Of a stretch of DNA of 64,000 bases, positions 21,401-35,200 are shown piece by piece. The translations under genes were made by a program, and so were the position numbers. Location of the stretch: the NCBI GenBank assembly GCA_040954595.2, contig CM082593.2, forward strand, positions 4,109,434-4,173,433, given 5' to 3'. The stretch comes from Balanoglossus misakiensis (Eukaryota > Animalia > Hemichordata). Positions within the stretch are counted from its first letter, which is position 1; every line of letters starts with the position of its first letter. The notes below the pieces were generated by a model. It saw nothing but the letters and a program-made list of their open reading frames with translations, had not been told where the DNA came from and made no database searches.

Positions 21401-24400
21401 CCGCCGAGCTGCTGCTAGCAGACGAAGACACTGACACGTTATCATAGCTCTCTCTGGGTTTCTCTCTCGTTCTTGACCTCGACCTTGACTTTGACCTTGA
21501 TTTCCTCTTCTCTTGACGTGTCGAACCCTCTGTACTGGAAGCCACCGATGATATCGACTGCGAGTCCGCCGACGTTGCTACGGGTGATGTCTTCGGTCTC
21601 TGGGTGATTTCCGGTACAGAACGAAGACTTGTCGGACACATCCCTTCACTCTGTCTTGTGGTCTGGTATTGGTTGGGACACTGCCCATTACCGGCTGGCA
21701 CACTGCCCACACCTGCCAATCAAACACACCGAGACAAAAGATAAGAAAACAAAATAATAGTACACAGCAATGTAAGGAGGCGTGTTACCTGCTGCATATC
21801 TCACTGAAAATGTATCAGATGCTGCTCTTTGATTTTTGGGAAACAACAGAAATTCAAAATCATAACAATTAATGGCATTGTTATAAAAAAATAACCAATC
21901 AAATTTTCCTGGGGAGAACATATTTTTTTAAATTCTGTTCAACAGGGCAAAGTGCCAACTTTCATTTTCCATGACACAAAAATGCTCACTGAAGTAAAGA
22001 TGAAACTCAATACCTTTCAAAATACGAGGCATTTATCCATAAACAGTCATTGAACTACTCTTATCTGATTATCTATCATGCCACTATTTACCAACCAATA
22101 GAACAGTACTCAATACAAGGAGCTCCTGGATTGCATTGTCTGCTTATGACTTCATGAGAGCAAAGTACAATGTACACAATACTCACGCTCAGGTTTGGTG
22201 TGGCCGGGTAACATAAACATACACTTTGGTGCCGTCTCTGTTGATATCGGTGTTCCACACGGGTCAGCGTACAACAATAACAAAGGTTGGTAATGTCCTC
22301 GTCGGCATTTCTCCACGACGTCCGACCAAGATTTGCCAATCTGTCAGTGGAAAATAAATGACGATTAGTTTAAAGTTGAAGTGAAACTGAGTGGGTTATG
22401 AAAGTTACCTTTACATAAATAGCCTCAATAATGAAAGTTTGATGACTGTACTTTTTTTATTTAAACTTAAAGAGTGATATGTTGGCTACAGACAAATCCG
22501 CAAAACCACTTCAGATGACAACCTTTGCCATGTGTCCATCACAAAGGTTGCTTTTCTGACATCTGTACTGATTGACCCTATACAACAATGCCCTTTTTGT
22601 TCAAGGCTGCTAGGCAAACAGTTTACTCAGCTGCCTGTGAGACCAGCAGGTGCTCCTACATGTAAGAGTGGATTACAGTACTTGTGGCAGAAAAAAAGGG
22701 AAGCAAATGACAAGCACACTTACCTCTCTGACTGTGGCATCATCGAAATAAATCCACACACGGAGTTTCGTGTGGAAGAAGAATGTGGAGTAGTGTTTGC
22801 CGTAGTAAGTCACAATCCCGACTAAATACAGTGTTGACTTGTGCGCTCTCTCATCGAAGATACCCTGGAATATCTGTAACACAGAAATGCATTCACAACT
22901 GTCAGATGACTTGATATTTCCAGCGAAAAGTAAAACTGTGTGAAGTCTACCAAATCATCTTCCACAAATACAGTAAAACCATAATGTACTTACATATGGT
23001 AGCTTGATGGTGGTTCCAAGACTAGTGATGACATCCATAATGTGATCTATACTGGGCTGGTCAGAATCCCACACCAAACCAATACTCACTGTCAATGTCA
23101 AAGGGTGAATATTGTAAATAACAGCACTACATTGGGACAAATCATCACGGTTAACAGATATAAGCAATGAATAATTTATACCGTACCTATTTCTGGGCAG
23201 TTGAGTAATTTCCTCTGCAGCTGAATACTTTTACCGCAATTACTCTGATCAAAACACAAAAAATAAAACAGAATTACACAGTGAGTATGCGGAAAAGTAT
23301 TACTGATTTTTTTCAGATTCTGGGAACACACAAAATTGCTTGCAAAGTTTATTTATTGCAAAGATGACTTACTGGACAATTTCTGACATCACCAACGCCA
23401 CCAGCTTTTTGTAACAGAGTACTAAACATGACTGGATGATGGATATTTGTCTCTTGTCTCATCTGTTTGGCTTGTGCACTGCAACAGTAGTTAAATAATA
23501 AAACATATTAGCAAGGGCCGCATCACGATTTGTAGCTTGCACAAGGGGTAGTGATCTCTGACCATAATATTATTAATATATTGTATGACATTGCCACGTC
23601 CCACCCTTATGATTGTGTTACCATAATAATAATTTAATAGTCTATAAAAACACATTTATAGAGGTCTTTGGTTTCTACATACATGTAATTCACTAACATG
23701 CAACTTACCATAGTGCTGTAGCTGACACGTAATGTACCATTTGAGTAAACGGTAGTGGTTCTGATGTCGCACCGCACTGGCATTCATACTGAAATCAATT
23801 TTTTAAAAATATAATAAATTGAATGTAAACAGGATGATATTTGAAACCGACTTGAAGAGTCTCTTATCTGCCTGACGCGTCAGCTAGCCTTTGGCCTAAT
23901 TCTAACAGGAAAACTGCCACTGTTCATTTGAGTGGAATTCTGGTGTCTGCTAAGGTCACACAGATGATAGCCAGTCATACACATACCATAGTGACATACC
24001 GTACCTAACCATTCTGTGTAGCAGATTACTTGTAGTTGTACATCCAAACATTTTAAACTTACAACTCACTCTGTATTTACATGTAAAGGCAATTCAAGTT
24101 TGTAATATTGTAATATAATTTTTAACATAGCTACTGGTTAACAGTGGCTATGACAAGAATATTCATTGATCATCTGTACACAGCCTGTTATGAGCTCATC
24201 TGTATCACCCACACAGGTCAAAGGTGGCTGCTTTGACCTCAGATGACCTCGTGAGGCATACCATATGGGGTTACTTTCTAAGCTGGTATTTATAGCTTGA
24301 CTAGACAATACATACAGCTGTCGCACATTCATTTCATATAATGGTAATTTATTTCCTATCCTTATAGAACCACCAGGATATTTTGCTTATTTTTGTATCT

Positions 24401-26270
24401 TTATGTGAATTAATGAAAATGTTACTAATGCATTTATCCACAGTGAAATGAAAGTAACTTTAGCTTACCTGTTCTATGAGATTCATCGCAAATTTCTGAT
24501 GAGCTAGGCAGTGTTTGGCGTCGCACATATCTTCTTTGGTTGTGTGAGCAATATGGAAGTGAATACGGGTCAAAATGTTCTCCTGAAGTGAGAGAAAAAA
24601 TATAAACACATCAATGGAACACCCACATATGTTTTCTTAATGCTTACAATGGCATCTGCATTGAAAAATAGTTTCATGAAACAGTTACTGGTATGTGATA
24701 ATCAAATACAAGTTATCATATATGGATATGTATATGTTGATAAAATTTACCTCAAAACATTCTAGTTAATGATTTTAATATATACAACCACACCCACAGT
24801 TCAAACTCAATATTGATAATTGATAGTGTAATATAATCACTAACTATGCCATGAGTCAGCTCTGACTGTGGAAAGCAATTCTCAATACACATGACAGTAT
24901 ACAATATCAATCTTTAGAATGCAGAAGATATGCAAGTCACACCCATCAGATATTCAATTTCTCATGCCAGGGAATTAAGTGTGTGTATTTAAGGCCACAC
25001 GAGAAGTTCAGTACAACTAGACTCAATGCTCAACATAAGCAAGTATTTGATTGAAAAACTAACCCTCATTCCTGGATAGTTCTCTTATCAGTGGAAAAAA
25101 AGTTCTTTTTTGCCACTTTGACTTCAATAAACTAACTCACCATACACCAAATGCTCAGTGAACTGCCAATGTCCTTGGATGTTAACTGAAGTCACACCTA
25201 AATGCCCTCTCTCATTTGTATGTGTGAAAGACATACATGACTGACTACACCTTGGGGGCCAGAACACTTCATTGATTGAGAACACTTTGCTTTGATGTGG
25301 TTGGACAGTAAACATGATCGTAAAGTTTAAACAGAGACCCTGGAGCCAGGGTCTACCGTTCAAACAAGAGAAACCTGCGGGTAAACCTGTCCATCAAAAC
25401 ACTACACTCTCCTCTACATGTACCAAGCTTATTCACAATTCACAAGGGGAAAAAAACACTTACAAAGCATTCTGCAGCATCATCCATACAGCCAAGTTGA
25501 AATCGTTGCTGATCTTTGAAAGTCTCCGCTAAAGCTTTCCTCAGCGCATTTGGTGGTAGTGCAGACTCGTCACTGTACTGGAATTGTGTAAATATCACCT
25601 GTGAAACAGACAGATTATACGGTCCATCAATTTCACACAACATTGGTGTGGCGGATACGCAAGTCTTGGCTCATTATTGTATTATTGGACAATGAGTTTC
25701 TGTAAGGTACATTCTTTGTAAGCCCAGATACAGGGGAACTTCGATATTTACGTCTCACAACATTTACTTCTACATTTGAATGTGGAGATTTCCTTATTCA
25801 TCAGATTCATGGAAAATTCAACACAAACATTTACCTTCAAAGCACAAAAAATGCAGGAATTTCCCATACACGCATGGCCGGTGAGAAGTCGAAAACTTCT
25901 TCTGAAGACGTCCAAATGCCATAGTACCTGAATCAAAGGAAACAAATGTTAGTAACTGCTGTAGAGATAGACATTCACCCAACCTTACCATATAAAACAA
26001 TGGGTTTGGACTGAACCATGGTGGTTTAAACAATTATCATGAAAATCCAATTTCAACATCATCACGTACCTGGACAGCACTGTTGAGAAAGCAATTATTT
26101 TCACCAGGTGCATTGAGTAATCCTTTGGTGTTGGTGATGGACATACTGTGTCTGGGATTGTAACCATAGTGCCTGGCGACACTGGCAGCAGCTGCCATAC
26201 CATCACCCATCCATCCACTCATCTTCTGTTTCAGTCGCTCGATTTGATCGGAGACTGGTGCTGGCAGCAT
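15449..26270 (-). CDS. USP54: Ubiquitin-specific protease USP54/USP53 (echinus) family, ~1865 aa
   Basis: Coding exons (minus strand): 26270-26070, 25927-25835, 25598-25464, 24582-24469, 23788-23709, 23478-23373, 23244-23187, 23088-22994, 22873-22724, 22340-22187, 21803-21789, 21712-19550, 19444-19325, 19132-18940, 18752-17665, 17548-17441, 16559-16501, 16114-15449. All junctions are GT-AG and phase-consistent (5598 nt). Family motifs: [81 protein letters not shown] and [13 protein letters not shown]. The YYGKHY box is USP54-like; the gene is probably a USP53/54 pro-ortholog. Confidence 0.93.
19193..19310. repeat. Imperfect (CAT/CAC)n trinucleotide microsatellite in a USP54-like intron
   Basis: Runs of catcatcat/caccaccat inside intron 19133-19324. 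Confidence 0.95.
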
Positions 26271-26734
26271 ATATCCCCTGTATCCTCCTTCAACTTATTT
26301 AGCTATGTTATGCAATAGGGATTTTCTCAACATTATGTTCCTTTGATGTGTAACTGAAACAGAAGGCAAAGAGTAGTGTACTAAGTAAAATTTCGCGGAC
26401 AAAACTTGAAGATTAGCAATACGTCAATGGCAAAAATGTGCACTGGTTACAAGCCCCACATGATTTTTTTTATACACTGAAAAGTCAAGGGCAATTTCAA
26501 CAAGGATAGTGTTAATATGTTGCTGGTGTATACCACACTGGCCCCTCATAAAATTTACAATGTTCATAACTATGATCAAACCAATGGTCAAACAAATAAC
26601 ATCATAGCCACAGATATCAGATGGCATCAAGTGTTTTAATACAAGGGTGGTTTAAATTCTATTAACATAATTTAATTATTAATTTGACAGGTCATTTCCG
26701 TGTAGCACAGCTACTTGCTATCGATATTCAAGCG

Positions 26735-27195
26735 CGACTGTTGATGATCAAACAGTATCATATGACATCATGGTACAGCGTCATTGGAGGGGGGGGGGCT
26801 TCTGTTGGTTACAATGCAATGTACATGGACCACTTTTCTAGGGCTTCTTGTTTGACACACAGTTATTAAATAATTGCACATCACATGTCGTTCACAACCT
26901 ACTCTCTTCTGCAGTAGTTTCTAAAGAATATTCAACAGAGAAAACACAATCGCTATTATCGCATGACTGTTGTTAATCGATCGGTATCATATGATATTGT
27001 GCATTGTTATGCTAGGGGGTCTTCTTCTGTTTACAATTTAGGGGACCATCTTCTGTTTACAAAACATGGACCACTTTTCTGGGGCTTCTCGTTTGAGCAT
27101 AGCTATCAAATAAATAATTTCACATCACAATGCTCACTACATTAGCCTTCTGCTGTAGTTTCAACAGTATTTAACCGAGAAAACACACAGCGTTA
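26735..27195. repeat. Diverged ~230-bp tandem duplication in the 5'-UTR intron of the USP54-like gene
   Basis: GACTGTTG..ATC...GTATCATATGA, ACATGGACCACTTTTCT.GGGCTTCT.GTTTGA, CACATCACA and GAGAAAACACA each occur in the same order at ~26735-26955 and ~26965-27195. Confidence 0.8.
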
Positions 27196-27670
27196 ATTAA
27201 CCTTGACCGGTCATGCTCGACAAGCGTTAACAGATTTACGTACAATGGTTGTTGCGACCTGTAGTCAACTTGACAGGGTTCTAAACCCGTTCGCTTCATG
27301 CTCATATATTCGAGGACCTCTTCCGATTTTGTGCCAAGGTCCGTAAAATTATAAGCTCCGGGAGTTTCCTCCACAGGGGATCAGAAGGTTGCTTGTGTCC
27401 ACCATAAATCGCAGTACTCACTTGTATTGGCATTGCTGCTGTTGTGTATATCGGGCCCAGCCACAAGAAAGCTTCGCTATGAACACTGACAATAACCATA
27501 GAGAAAACAAACAGTCGTCATGCTGAAAGCCATGAGCAACACTTACCACAGTCCACGTTAACAGTACTTCCCATTCGTTATACGGAATTCTTGGGGCAAT
27601 CATAGACTTTCGGATCCACGTAGTTCTAAGCTATTGACAGGAAATACGATAGGTGGTTTACTCGAACTTA

Positions 27671-27713
27671 TCCGCCATGTTGGAATGACGTCACCACCAC
27701 GGCATTCTGGGAA
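27671..27713 (-). promoter_or_regulatory. Likely core/proximal promoter of the USP54-like gene (YY1-like, CRE and ZNF143/STAT-like motifs)
   Basis: CCGCCATGTTG (YY1-like, 27672-27682), TGACGTCA (27686-27693) and GCATTCTGGGAA (27702-27713) are clustered in a CpG-rich patch. Candidate minus-strand 5'-UTR donors lie just downstream (gtaagt at 27546, gtgagt at 27421), with an acceptor at 26354. Confidence 0.55.
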
Positions 27714-30700
27714 TATGGGGCTAATAATAGATTTGTATTCAGACGCACGCATATACTCGTGAATGAGTCATTAATTAAATATTAATCGAAGAAATTGTTC
27801 TTGTTTAGTGACAAGAAGAAGATTGAGTTATAGTGTTTCTCTGATATAGTAAATAACAGTATACATAACATGCATACTCTTCTCAGTTGACCACAAAACA
27901 GAATTGACACTGCTAATTGAAAAAGAAAACCACCCCAAACACGATTAAACTTTTTTGTTATATTTTAGATACAATTGATTTTCTCTGGCAGTCATCCTGT
28001 TTACAGAGGTAGCAATGGACGGCCTTCCTGTTTTTGTCTTTTGCGGGCTCAGGTATGTTATAAGCATGCCTTGAAGGCACAGTGGACTGGAGTAGAAAAA
28101 GAGCATGGCGATATTGAATCATTCAAAATTTACCGATTAGTGAAGTCAAACAAATTAACAACATGGTAACTGCCCCCCCCCCTCAAAAATTGCCCCACAT
28201 GCCACTGATTAAACCTTCTTTCTACATACCATTTAAAAACGTTCTCCACAACACATTAATAACTTATATTCTATAAACATTATTGAACGTATATGGCATT
28301 TCTCGGACCATGTACCAGGGCACGTTTTTGTATATAGGGCGCCCCCATAGAGGCTCCACCATTACGCTTTTGTTTTCAACAACAACGGAAAAACAAGCTT
28401 GTCGCGCAAAGCGGCGTTATCCAATGAAATCGCGAGTCATGGTTGACTGGGCTAAATTTGTTAAAATGTAAATTTATTGTCATATTTCGAGTGTTGTGCA
28501 GGTAGACGAGTAAAATACATTTCACGAGGAAGATTGCATTGATTGTAAAGCTAAGGTGTTATATACTCAAACGGTAAATTTGCAGTTTTCCGACGGCTGC
28601 TGATACAAATGAAAATGGGCGATGTCAACCCCGGCCCTTGTCAACAACAACCTGGGCCCACCATTAAAGAAACCGCGGGTCCATTGATTTGAATGCGATG
28701 CGATATAGCTGGATTTTTAGGGCAAAGGTTCATCCAAGGTCATAATGCAGGTTACCTGTTAGTTCGCTGCAAAGTAGCGCGAAAATCTTACCCACGTGTT
28801 ACAATACACCGCCCCACACAATTATTGTCCGAAAGATGTGCACAATTAATGAGTGAAAAATGCCCGATTCGCTAGTTATTAATTAGTTAAGCACTGTATA
28901 TAGACAGAACCTCCTTATTTTTTTAAATTTTCATCTTCCTGTTGACGCGCATACCTGTCCTGATCATGAGCCGAATGGAAGACGTCGACGTGCAAAAATG
29001 TGTTGTTCATCGTCGTGTATCGTGACTGAGAATACAAAAGCACGGGGAGCTTGTCGGCCCAAAGTGGGTTCTCTGCCAAGTATTTTACGGGGAAAACAAA
29101 CCTGGTATCAAGAGTTGTTATGGCTTGCCCCTGCCCGGCCCCGAAAGACAAAAACACATCACAGTCGCAGAAGCGGGTGTAATTGAACGAAAACAAAATC
29201 TTAACATTGGTATCTCTACCGTCTTGAGTCAGTCGACGTCACCATGACGACAGTTAGATTTTTAATTCATAAAATAAGTGGAAAATTTTCAATTTGGAGA
29301 AGATGGCGCGATAGATAAAAAAATACGTGAGAGCTGGTGACATTAACTTGTGTTGTTTTGCTCGTCTCAGTTGGGTTTATTTATATTCGACCTTTGTTAA
29401 AAGTACGGGTAATATCATAGACGGGTCTTTCATATGTTTGTTTTTTATTTGCCAATTTGTCGCATGATCGTGATAACGAAGCCGCCGGTGTATATCGCTC
29501 TTTGTACAGAAATGCCCCCTAACTGAGTGATCGTGAGAAGAACCTCAGGCTCTGTCTGTTGGTGTTATATTGGATGCATGCATATTTTAGATAGGGACAT
29601 ATATGTGAAGCATGAATACAACCTGCTTCCCATAAGTAAATTGTATTTTGACAGAGTTGATGAACTGGATGGGATGACATTCTGATCAGAATCCGTATTA
29701 CACTAAGTGATTGATGGAACGCCGGTCACTAAATATACAATACAAAAGCTCTTGTCAACACATAGAGCATACATTCATATTCAGCGAGACCGGTAAATTT
29801 CGTTCATTTTCATCAACACATCATCAAAAAATCATTTGTTCATAACATTATATATCATTCACCGACTCATAGACTATCATAATGGTTAATGGAAATCATT
29901 GTACAGTCGATTTTCAGATCCAAAGCGGCATGTTAAAATTCGACTACTTGAATTACGCAATTAAAACTGTAGCTTCATTATATTTCATAATATCGGCACT
30001 AGGTAAAATACAGAAATATTCTTGCGTGTATTACAAATATTATATTCGGTTGTCCTTAATTTTCTTTAGGAAGACTACATGGCGATAAAGAACATACAGA
30101 AATTGTTTATTGGACAGGTTTTTAAATTTTAAAATATTAAAGTAATAAATGATTAATGTCGGACGGGTGTTTGATTAAAAACGACAACTGGTATAGTATG
30201 AATATTCATCGATTTTTCACGTTGATAATTATTTATTTGGAAATACTATTTCAAATTCACGGATATGTCACCATGGTTTCCGTTGGCACATCTGTAAGTG
30301 TGTTTGCATAACAATTATTCCGGTGTAATGAGCTTCACGAACAGACATGTTGAGAGCCGGGGTCGTTCACCTCTGCGGATTCGCCGATGAAGCGCGCCAG
30401 TATTACCGGTTTTTTGACGAATTGCCTTTTACAAAAACATCCGTTATCCGCCTTTGCATGATTGAATTTACCCTCATCGACCTTCTCACGTCCTTGTCTG
30501 ACTTTTATCTCCTACTACACGACATTTTCTTCACCGCTTTGTGCGACGTGCATGGCTACCGTTTTCCTTGCCCAATATTTGTCAATGACTGCAAGAGATT
30601 CCCTGTACTGCAAAATCTCAAAAAATCTTCAAATATGGAAAACACCCAACTCTTGTTATAAAACGTAACAGACCTGATTTCATGCAGTTTTTTCAGTCTT

Positions 30701-32195
30701 GAAGTGACAAAGTTGTATTTGTTATAAATAAATAAAATTTACTCGTGCACGTTCATGTTTTTTTTCTTTGTGTGTGATGAAGGAACCATAGCTTAATGGC
30801 GGCCATTTTTTAACGAAATCTGTCTTAAATCATTATAAATGTTGTTATTAATTTTCTGGCGAAATTCAGCTTAGCATTTGTATTACAAACAGGAAATTTG
30901 GTCTTTCGTCTAATTTCTATATTTAACCTTTTATGCGGTCGAATCTGACTCATATTACCTCAAGGGCAATTCTCAAAGAAGCCGGTTTCAAATTTAAGAT
31001 GCCGATTAACCTTCATCTTCAACAAGTCGAGGTTAAAATAATGTAAAATAAAGTCTGCTTTGGTTTAGACGTGAGTGGCTTTCGTATACTCGGTCATTTT
31101 TTATGTAAAACCTGGCAAAGCGATATTCCCTGAGCAGAATGATTGTATTGGTGTACTCAGTCTGGTTGTTGGTCAAAATCAAACAAAGAAACATCGCCTG
31201 TTAGAGTCTTATCAAACGTCTTCATAGAGCTGGGGCAAGATATTGTCAATTTCCATTTCACTAAATAATTGATTTTCATAAGACATTTGATTGAAATATG
31301 TCTGCCTGATAAAATCTTTTAACCCGTTGGTCTTAAATTTATTGAACGTCAGTCATAAAACACTGTTGTCGGTACATACAAACATCGTTCTCTGTACAAA
31401 CTACAAACGACTCTAGTTGAAAAGAAACGGTTTGTGGACTGACGTGAACATAATCGCGTATTTATTTAAAGTCTGCGGAAGCTGGTACGCACTAAAGTAT
31501 TAACAAAACACAGAAAGGGATTCTTTAGTGAGATTCAAAACGCAAATCCATCAGGATTCCAGTCTCATACAGGCGCGGGCCGTGAGCCAAGAGCCGCGGT
31601 ATTACGTGTGTCGGCATAATTGTCCGACTAGGACATTTACTGAATAACTCCGCCGCATTGTGCGATGAGTTTAATTCCATTTGTCGAACAAAAAATAGGA
31701 ATGTTTAATATATCCGCCGGTGGTAAATATCGATCACAGGCTGTGGCTATATTCATCAGGTAGTCTCATGACGTCCCCCTCAAGGTTTCGCGGGGATAAT
31801 GACCTGCCGGTGAGTAACCCGCAGCTGTAGGGGCTGAGGGTGCGAGACATGATGTCATGGCGCAGGAATGAAGGCAATGAATGCGTTTGTACCACTTTCT
31901 GAACAAGCTGAGAAAGTGTCCGCATTTTTCTCACCTTTCCGACTCTCCAGCTAATAGAAAAGACGTGCTTTTGTACAGTTCGGACACCTGAAGACGACAC
32001 AGTCGGAAAGAAAAAAAGTCAAGCCTTGTATGAAACTATAATAAGTGAAAATTTAAGGTCTCTTACATATTAAAGGTACAGACAGACAGACAGACAGACA
32101 CACATACATAGAGATACACACATACACAGACACAGGAATAGACAGACAACGAAAAATTCAACAAAATAACGCAAATTATGGTATCAATATCTTAT

Positions 32196-32201
32196 TTTAT
32201 T
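32196..32201 (-). terminator. Candidate polyadenylation signal of the DOK7-like gene (implies ~4.6-kb 3' UTR)
   Basis: AATAAA on the minus strand, where the CpG-poor gene-body sequence ends, followed by a TG/TC-rich tract (32080-32150) resembling a downstream GU-rich element. Confidence 0.4.
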
Positions 32202-35200
32202 TTCTACACACCACCATACTCTGGTTATTCAAAACATAACAGCTTTGTAATGCTCAAACTCCTGTCTATAATAGCTTCAAATTGTTTGGCAGAGTGTTTT
32301 TCTTGTAAAATAAAAATTCTAAACCATAACAAAATACAATCCAGTCATCAAATATGACAAGTACAAGGGCAAAAATATACAGAAAAAGATTTTATCATTA
32401 ATGTAATTTGCATAAGTTCTGTTTCCATGAAAGACAGTATATCTATTATTCAGTTTCTATTTCAAATAGAAACTGCTTTCCACTTTTATGAAAATATATT
32501 ATTTCAACATTAAATTTTAACACTTCCAAAATGTTAATCCAAATATTCCCAGAGTTTGTGGAATGATATTCGTTTGATAAGGTAGAGTCAACCACAATGC
32601 ACATGTCAACATCATCTCTGGGTTCATTCAATATTAATTTTTAATTACTAAAAAAGCTATGAAAGTTTGAAGTGATAGATTAGACAGGGAATTGTTCAGC
32701 AAAGCAGAGATAGTCTTGGAGGAAAAGTTCAGTTTAAGGGAAAATATGGGCTATGACTCATACTTCCTGTATTACGCTTGATTGGTTCAAAATGCAAATT
32801 CAGATATTTGCATTTTGATCAAATTTTCAAATACCATGAGTGGTGCTATAAAATTAAATAACAAGGACGACCACTGATCAACAATTTCTTTCTGGCGGAC
32901 CACCATATGTAGGTATAGATTTGTGGATGCATCATTTTGATGATTCTGATGTGCAATAACATTTTAAGTCCCTTGCAACATCTAGCCAGGCAGCAATAAT
33001 AAAACAGAAATTCTAACTGTTTTGTACTCTGTTCAAATGTACTGTTTGTGTATTAAGTATATCTATTTTGCATCTACCAGTATATGCAACAAAACAGAAC
33101 TGTCATGGCCTGTGAGTCAGCACATTTCAACATCCGCATCAATATACAGGACTATAAACTCATGAAACAAAAGCAGCAAAACAAGGAGGGGGCCTTCATC
33201 CTTTTACGGACTCCCTTGGACATTTTCTAATATCATGTACATAAAATGGAAGTGAGCGTGCCAGAAGAATTTGCTGTGCAGCCATTTTGCATCCCACCTA
33301 ATAGCTATGTTCAGCTGCATGTAAACATTTACTATGACAAGATAACCTATCAAAGGTCAGGTCGGTTAACCTTTCACCTCGTGACCCCCACACTTCCTGC
33401 TGATCAGTGCCACACTACATGCTGATTGGCCGACGGCCGACCAGACAAAAGAAGGGCCGGTACACTGTTATAATTACATGTATGTGAACTGAATTAGGAC
33501 AGGTCTGGGCAGAATACACCAATTCATCACTCGCATCTGCACAGAATGCTATACGCATCCATCACCTCAGCTTGGGCCAACCCTATATATTTTAAGGGCA
33601 GGGTTGAAACCATTAACAGCAAAATGGGGGTGAAACAGCAGAAATATTTGCAGAACCATAAACCTGCAAGTCTACGGTAGAATCTATGAAACAAGAAAGT
33701 TTTTCTTTGCAATTTTTTTTTACTGAATTCAGAGTGATATTCTAGAACTGTACAACTTTGTACAAGAATTCAAATATATCTGTAATGTTTCATTTTAATT
33801 CATTAAACACATTACTAAAATACTATGTAATCATATTTTGTTTATAAATTCATTTGGATATTAATTTTGATGTCTGGAACTGAACAAGAGAGACAGACTG
33901 GGCCATGAATGTCTGATCGACCTGGTAATCGGCTTTGATGAAAAATTGGAAGACTGTGATCAGCCCTAGAAGAGTATAAAGTACAGCTTTGTCGGACATT
34001 GATGAAAATTTCATCTTGGAAGTGTTACCGATTGACCAGGTGTCAAAAGAATTCGAAATGCCACTGTGGAAAAAAGCTGCGTGTCTAGTGGAAAATGAAT
34101 CCGTGTGCATTTAATGAAATGCATTTTCTCTCCATATGACACCAAATCAACTCACAATATGGGCTTATAGAAAGCCAAATTAACTTCTCAGCAGATGGAA
34201 TACAGTTGTGTGCGTGCTGTGTTCAGGGTTGAGCTGCTCAGATAAAAAAAATTACAGGTACGTATTAACGTTTATTGCCAAATATATTCCATGATGAGTT
34301 TCCTGCCTAGTATAAAAGACCAAAAAAAAAATACACAAAACATTTGGAATATTGCCAGGAAGTGTGTGAGAGAGACTATTTCAGGACAGGAACCTTGTTT
34401 TACGTCTTTGTGTACAAAAAAAAAAACATTTCAGTAAACATAAGACAATGAAATGCAGACTGCAACCACCTGTTGAATAAAGGGAAATCTAACCTGACAG
34501 TGATGAACTTTGACCCTGACAGTAATGAACTTTGACCCAACACAGACATGAAATCTGACATGAAATATAAACAATTTTCTTATGAGTTGAATTGATAGAG
34601 ACTGGATTCTGACAGGGTAACTAACAACCTGACAGTTTCTTGCATAGATGAAACACAAGTTCAATGTTATTGCTGGCAAAAATTCAAAGTATTAATAAAA
34701 AATATTGCAGTGTTATTGCATGATACTACATTATTAATTGATTATGTGGGGTTGTCTGATGCACATTTAATGTGTGTTGCCACCATCTTTGGACTGTACT
34801 TTTGGTGAAATTTATAATTCATTGAGGAAATTTCATTATAATAAAAATGTTAATTGAAAAATTTATATGTGTGTACTGCGTACACACAGTATATAGAGTT
34901 ACAGTGGAAGCCAAGCAGGGCAATTGATTCCCAATACAAACTACATGGTGATTACCCATGTAATTGCAACTTCTAAGACATAATGGACAGAAGACACCAC
35001 AGACACAAATGTTTAACAGAACTGCACATCAACACAGTAATTATCCGCCAAAAATGCCCATCAACAGTCAAAGATCATCTACTCTGCAGCGAAAGAGAAT
35101 AAAAGATTACGTCTGTCTGGAAGATTGCCGTAATTGAAAGACACTGAGGTGGGCAAACCAGCTTGCCTGTTCACGCGATACCCACCGCTCGCAGCTTACA

